From assembly GCF_009914755.1 (NCBI RefSeq), contig NC_060935.1: a stretch of DNA of 64,000 nucleotides; one strand, 5' to 3'. Positions 59,790-64,000 of the stretch are shown in pieces (positions within the stretch are counted from its first letter, which is position 1; each line of letters opens with the position of its first letter). Both the position numbers and the translations under genes were made by a program. The notes under the pieces are model-generated. The model worked only from the letters and a program-made list of their open reading frames with translations. It was not told where the DNA came from and made no database searches. The DNA is from the human T2T-CHM13v2.0 reference genome, Homo sapiens.

Positions 59790-60345
59790 TTTATATATCC
59801 ATTCAGCAAACACTGATTAAACACCTATCTTGTGGCAGATATTGTTCTAGTTATTGTTTGGGATGTAATGGGAAGCAAACCAAGTAAAGCAAGTTTTTTT
59901 TTCCGTAAGGGAGTTTATCATCTGGCAGATGGAGATTAAAAGCAAGCAATAAACATAATAAATGAGTAAAACTGATAGCATGTTTAATGATTATAAGCAT
60001 TTTTGAAAAAAAGGAGAAGTTAAGCAAAATAAGGAAAATGAAGAGGGTCTAGTGTGTAGAGGGCAAGGAAGGTCCATTGTTAAGTAAGGTGGTTTGAATA
60101 GGCCTCATTGAGAAGGTGGCATTTCACAAAAGAAAGTGAATGAAAGGGCTAAGCAGACCTCATGAGGGCAAAACAGTTCTGGGAAGTATGTGTCCTGGGA
60201 TAGAGTTATACCTGAAGTTTTTACAGAGAAGGTAATGACCAAAAGGAAGAGTGACAGGTAATGAAGTCAGAAAGGAAATAGATGTGTAGAAAACTAAGAT
60301 AAACAGTTTGGCTTATACTTTGAACTTTGAGGAGAAGAGTGACAT
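59790..60345 (-). mobile_element. LINE-2 fragment
   Basis: 'cattcagcaaacactgattaaacacctat...taggcctcattgagaaggtggcattt'. Confidence 0.65.
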
Positions 60346-60616
60346 TTTCTTGTAAATTTTAGGATCAGTTTATTTTCTTTTCATTAATGCTAGTTAGAAT
60401 TGTGTTAGAGATTGCATTCAAAATATAGATCAATTTGGAGACTACTGTCATCTTAATAGTACTAATTCTTCTAATCCATGACCATGGGATACCTTTTCAT
60501 TTATTTAATTCATATTTAACACTTTTTTGTAAGTTTGAGACAACATGTTTTAGCATTCTTTTGTGAAACCTGTTAAGTATTTTATTCTTTTTGATGCCAT
60601 GGTAAAGACAAATGTT

Positions 60617-60826
60617 TCCCGAGTTCAAGTGATTCTCCTGCCTCAGCCTCCCAAGTAGCTGGGATTACAGGCGCCCACCACCACACCCAGCTAATTTTGT
60701 ATTTTTAGTAGAGACGGGGTTCTGCCATGTGGGTCAGGCTGGTCTCAAATTGCTGACCTCAGGTGATCCGCCCACCTCTGCCTCCCAAAGTGCTGGGACT
60801 AGAGGTGTGAGCCACTGTGGCCAGCT
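60617..60826 (-). mobile_element. Partial AluS (3' ~90 bp and tail missing)
   Basis: Begins abruptly at 'tcccgagttcaagtgattctcc'. Confidence 0.88.
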
Positions 60827-60890
60827 GATTATTTAGAAGTGTGTTTTTAAATTTCCACATACTTTTGAATTTTCCAAATTTCCTTTTGTA

Positions 60891-61321
60891 CAGACCCTTG
60901 AACAACATGGTTTGAACTTCATGGATTCATTTATATGCAGAGTTTCTTCTACCTCTGCCACCCATGTGAAAACAAGGCTGATCCCTCCTCTTCCTCCTCT
61001 TCATCAGCCTACTCAAGGTGAGGACAATGAGAACAAAGGACTTTATGATAATCCACTTCCACTTAATGAATAGTAAATATATTTTCTCTTTCTTGTGATT
61101 TTTTTAGTAACATTTTTTTCTAGCTTACTTTATCATAAGAAGTTTATAATACATGTAACACAAAAATTATGTGTCAATCAGCTGTTTATGCTATGGATAA
61201 GGTTTCCAGTCAACAGAAGGCTATTGGTAGGAATGGTCTGGGGAATCAAAACTTATACACAAATTTTTCACTGACTGGGGGGTCAGTACCCATAACACCC
61301 ACATTGTTCAAGAGTCAACTG
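60891..61321. mobile_element. Tigger2a (MER28)-like DNA transposon
   Basis: TIRs 'cagacccttgaacaac' / 'attgttcaagagtcaactg'; TA flanks. Confidence 0.8.
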
Positions 61322-61507
61322 TATTTGATTTCATTTCCTTATTGGATTAGAATATACTAAGTATGATTTCAATCCTTTCACATTTAGGGTCTAACATATG
61401 CTCTATTCAGGAAAATTTTCCCTGTGTGCTTGAAAAGAAAGTTATTCTGCTGATGTTAGGTAGAGTATTCTATAGATAATATGTATAGCTAAGTTATAGT
61501 TTTGTTG

Positions 61508-64000
61508 TATTTTTAACTTTCCAACTTTTATTTTAGGTTTGAGGGTACATGTGCAGGTTTATCACATGGGTAAATATCATGTCATGGGGGTTTGGTATAC
61601 AGATTATTTTGTCACCCAAATAAGAAGCATAGTACTCAATAGGTAGTTTTTCAATCCTCATCCTCCTCCACGCTTCATCCTCAAGTAGGACCCAGTGTCT
61701 ATAGTTCCCTTTTTTCCTATCCATGTGTACTCAAGGTCTAGCTCCCACTTGTAAGTGAAAACATGTGGTAATTCATTTACTGTTTCTGTGGTAACTTACA
61801 TGGAATAATGGCCTTCATCTCTATCCATGTTGCTGCAAGAACATGATCTCGTTCTTTTTTATAGCTGCATTGTATTCCATCATGTATATTTACCAAATTT
61901 CCTTCATTTAGTTCATTGTTGATAGGCATCTAGGTTGATTCCGTGTCTTTGTATTGTGAATTGTGGTGCAATAAATATATACATGTATGTGCCTTTATGG
62001 TAAGAATGATTTCCATTTCTTTGAGTATATGCCAAGTAATGGGATTCCTGTGTCAAACAGTAGTTCTATTTTAAGTTCCTTGAGAAATCACCAAACTGCT
62101 TTCCACAGTGGCTGAACTATTTTACATGCCCACTTGCTGTGTATAAGCATTCCCTTTTATGTACAACCAGACAAACATCTATTATTTTTTGATTTTTTAA
62201 TAATACCCATTCTGATTGGTGTGAGATGGTATCTTATTGTGGTCTTGATTTGCATTTATCTGATGATTAGTGGTGTTGTGCATTGTTTCATATGCTTTCT
62301 AGCTGTCTGTGTGTCTTCTGAGACATGTCAGCTCATGACATTTGTCTATTTTTTAATAAGATTGTTTGTTTTTTGTTTGTTAATTGGTTTTAGTTCCTTA
62401 TAGTTTCTGGATTTGACCTTTACTGGATGCTTAGTTTGCAAATATTTCATATCTTTCTATAGGTTTTCTATTTACTCTGCTGACAGTTTCTTTTGCTATG
62501 TAGGAGCACTTCAATTTAACTAAATACCATTTATCAATTTCGTTTTTGTTGCAATTGCTTTTGGAGTCTTCAAAATGAAATTTTTGCCAGATCGTATGTC
62601 CAGAATGGTGTTTCCTACATTATCTTCCAGGGTTTTTATAATTTTGGGTTTTGGATTTAAGTTTTTAATCCATCTTGAGTTGATTTTTTTATATGGTGAA
62701 AGGAAGGTGTCCAGTTTCATTCTTCTGCATGTGGCTAGGCAGTTACAACAGCATCATTTATTAAATAGGGAGTTCTTCCCCTATTGCTGTTTTTGTACTT
62801 TGTCAAAGATCAGATGGTTGTAGGTGTAAGACTTTATTTCTAGGTTATCTAACCTGTTCCATTGGTCTGTCTGTCTGTCTGAATTTGTATCAGCACCATG
62901 CTGTTTTGCTTACTGTAGTCTTTTAGTCTAGTTTGAAGTCAGGAAATGTAATGCCTCCAACTTTGTTCTTTTTGCTTGGAATTGCCTTAGCTATTTGGGC
63001 TCTCTTTTATTTCCATATGAATTTTAGAATACTTTTTTTTTCTAATTCTGTGAAGAATGTCATAGGTAGTTTCATAGGAATAGCACTGAAAATTTAGATT
63101 GCTTTGGGAAGTATGGCCATTTTAACAATATTGATATTGCCTATCCATGACCATGAAATGATTTTTTACTTCTTCATATCATCTCTGATTTCTTTGAGCA
63201 GCGTTTGGTAATTCTTGTTGTAGAGGTCTTTTGCCTCCAGGGTTACCTGTATTCTTAGGTATTTTATAGTTTTTTTTGGCTATTGTTAATGGGATTGTAT
63301 TATTGACTTGGCTCTCAGCTTGGACATTGTTGGTGTATAAAAATGCTACTAAGTTTTGTACATTGATTTTGTATCCTGAAACTTTGCTGAAGTTATTTCT
63401 CAGATCTAAGAACTTTTGGGAAGAAATTACAGAATTTTCTAGATAATTTGATTTCCTCTCTTCCTGTATGGATGTATTTTTTTTCTCTTGCCTAACTGTT
63501 TTAGCTAGGACTTCCAGTAATATGTTGAAGAGGACTGATGAGGATCAGCCTCCTTGTCTTGTTCTAGTTTTCAAAGGGAATGCTTTCAGCTATTGCCCAT
63601 TCAGTATGATGTTGCCTGTAGGTTCGTCATAGATATCTCTTATTACATTGAGGTATGTTCCTTCAATACCTAGTTTGTTGAAAATTTTTAACATGAAGCT
63701 TGTTGAATTTTTCCAAAGCCTTTTCTGCATCTATTGAGATAATCATGTGGTTTTTGCCTTTAGTTCCATTTGATGAATCATATTTATTAATTTGTATATT
63801 TTGAAGCAATATTACATCCCAGTGATAAGCCTAATTAATTGTGTTGGATCAGCTTTTTTAACTGCTGCTTGATTTGGTATGCAAGTATTTTTTTTGAAGA
63901 TTTTTGGGTCTATGTTTATCAAAGATATTGCCCTTAAGTTTTCTTTTTTAGTTGTGTCTCTGCCAGGATTTGAAATTAGTGTGATGCTGGCCTGTTAGAA
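61508..64000 (-). mobile_element. Older primate L1 (L1PA15/16-like), 3' end at ~61508, running off the window
   Basis: 3'UTR 'gggtacatgtgcaggttt...ggtttggtatacagattattttgtcaccca'; degenerate ORF2 '[21 protein letters not shown]'. Confidence 0.88.

Larger units (their letters stand above)
60348..61500 (-). mobile_element. Old L1M ORF2 fragments interrupted by a partial Alu and Tigger2a
   Basis: 'atagatcaatttggagactactgtcatcttaatagtact...ccatgaccatggg' and 'ccctgtgtgcttgaaaagaaagttattctgctg'. Confidence 0.65.

Overview
This is primate, most likely great-ape or human, AT-rich, CpG-poor non-coding DNA; the evidence is AluY/AluS copies and an L1PA2-type LINE. A large part is interspersed repeats: 16 Alu/FLAM copies, three young plus-strand L1PA insertions (two with 5' inversions from twin priming), an older L1PA15/16 at the right edge, a complete LTR-int-LTR THE1D, a nearly complete MSTA, solo MaLR/ERV1/ERVL LTRs, DNA-transposon MITEs, L2 and MIR. 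I find no supportable host protein-coding gene, RNA gene, CpG island or CRISPR array. Every recognisable ORF in the track is a broken L1 ORF2 piece, MaLR internal sequence or an Alu artefact. I cannot name the locus or claim a new biological system. The best leads are: (i) base-resolved retrotransposition scars, including an 18-nt non-L1 segment between an L1 poly(A) and its TSD; (ii) a possible DUX4-responsive, THE1-LTR-driven spliced non-coding transcript; (iii) a candidate 27-nt minus-strand micro-exon; (iv) a ~1 kb AT-rich direct/inverted repeat mosaic; (v) a few repeat-free, motif-dense candidate enhancers. Subfamily names come from recalled consensus sequences and need RepeatMasker/Dfam confirmation. 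Coordinates of old repeats are approximate.
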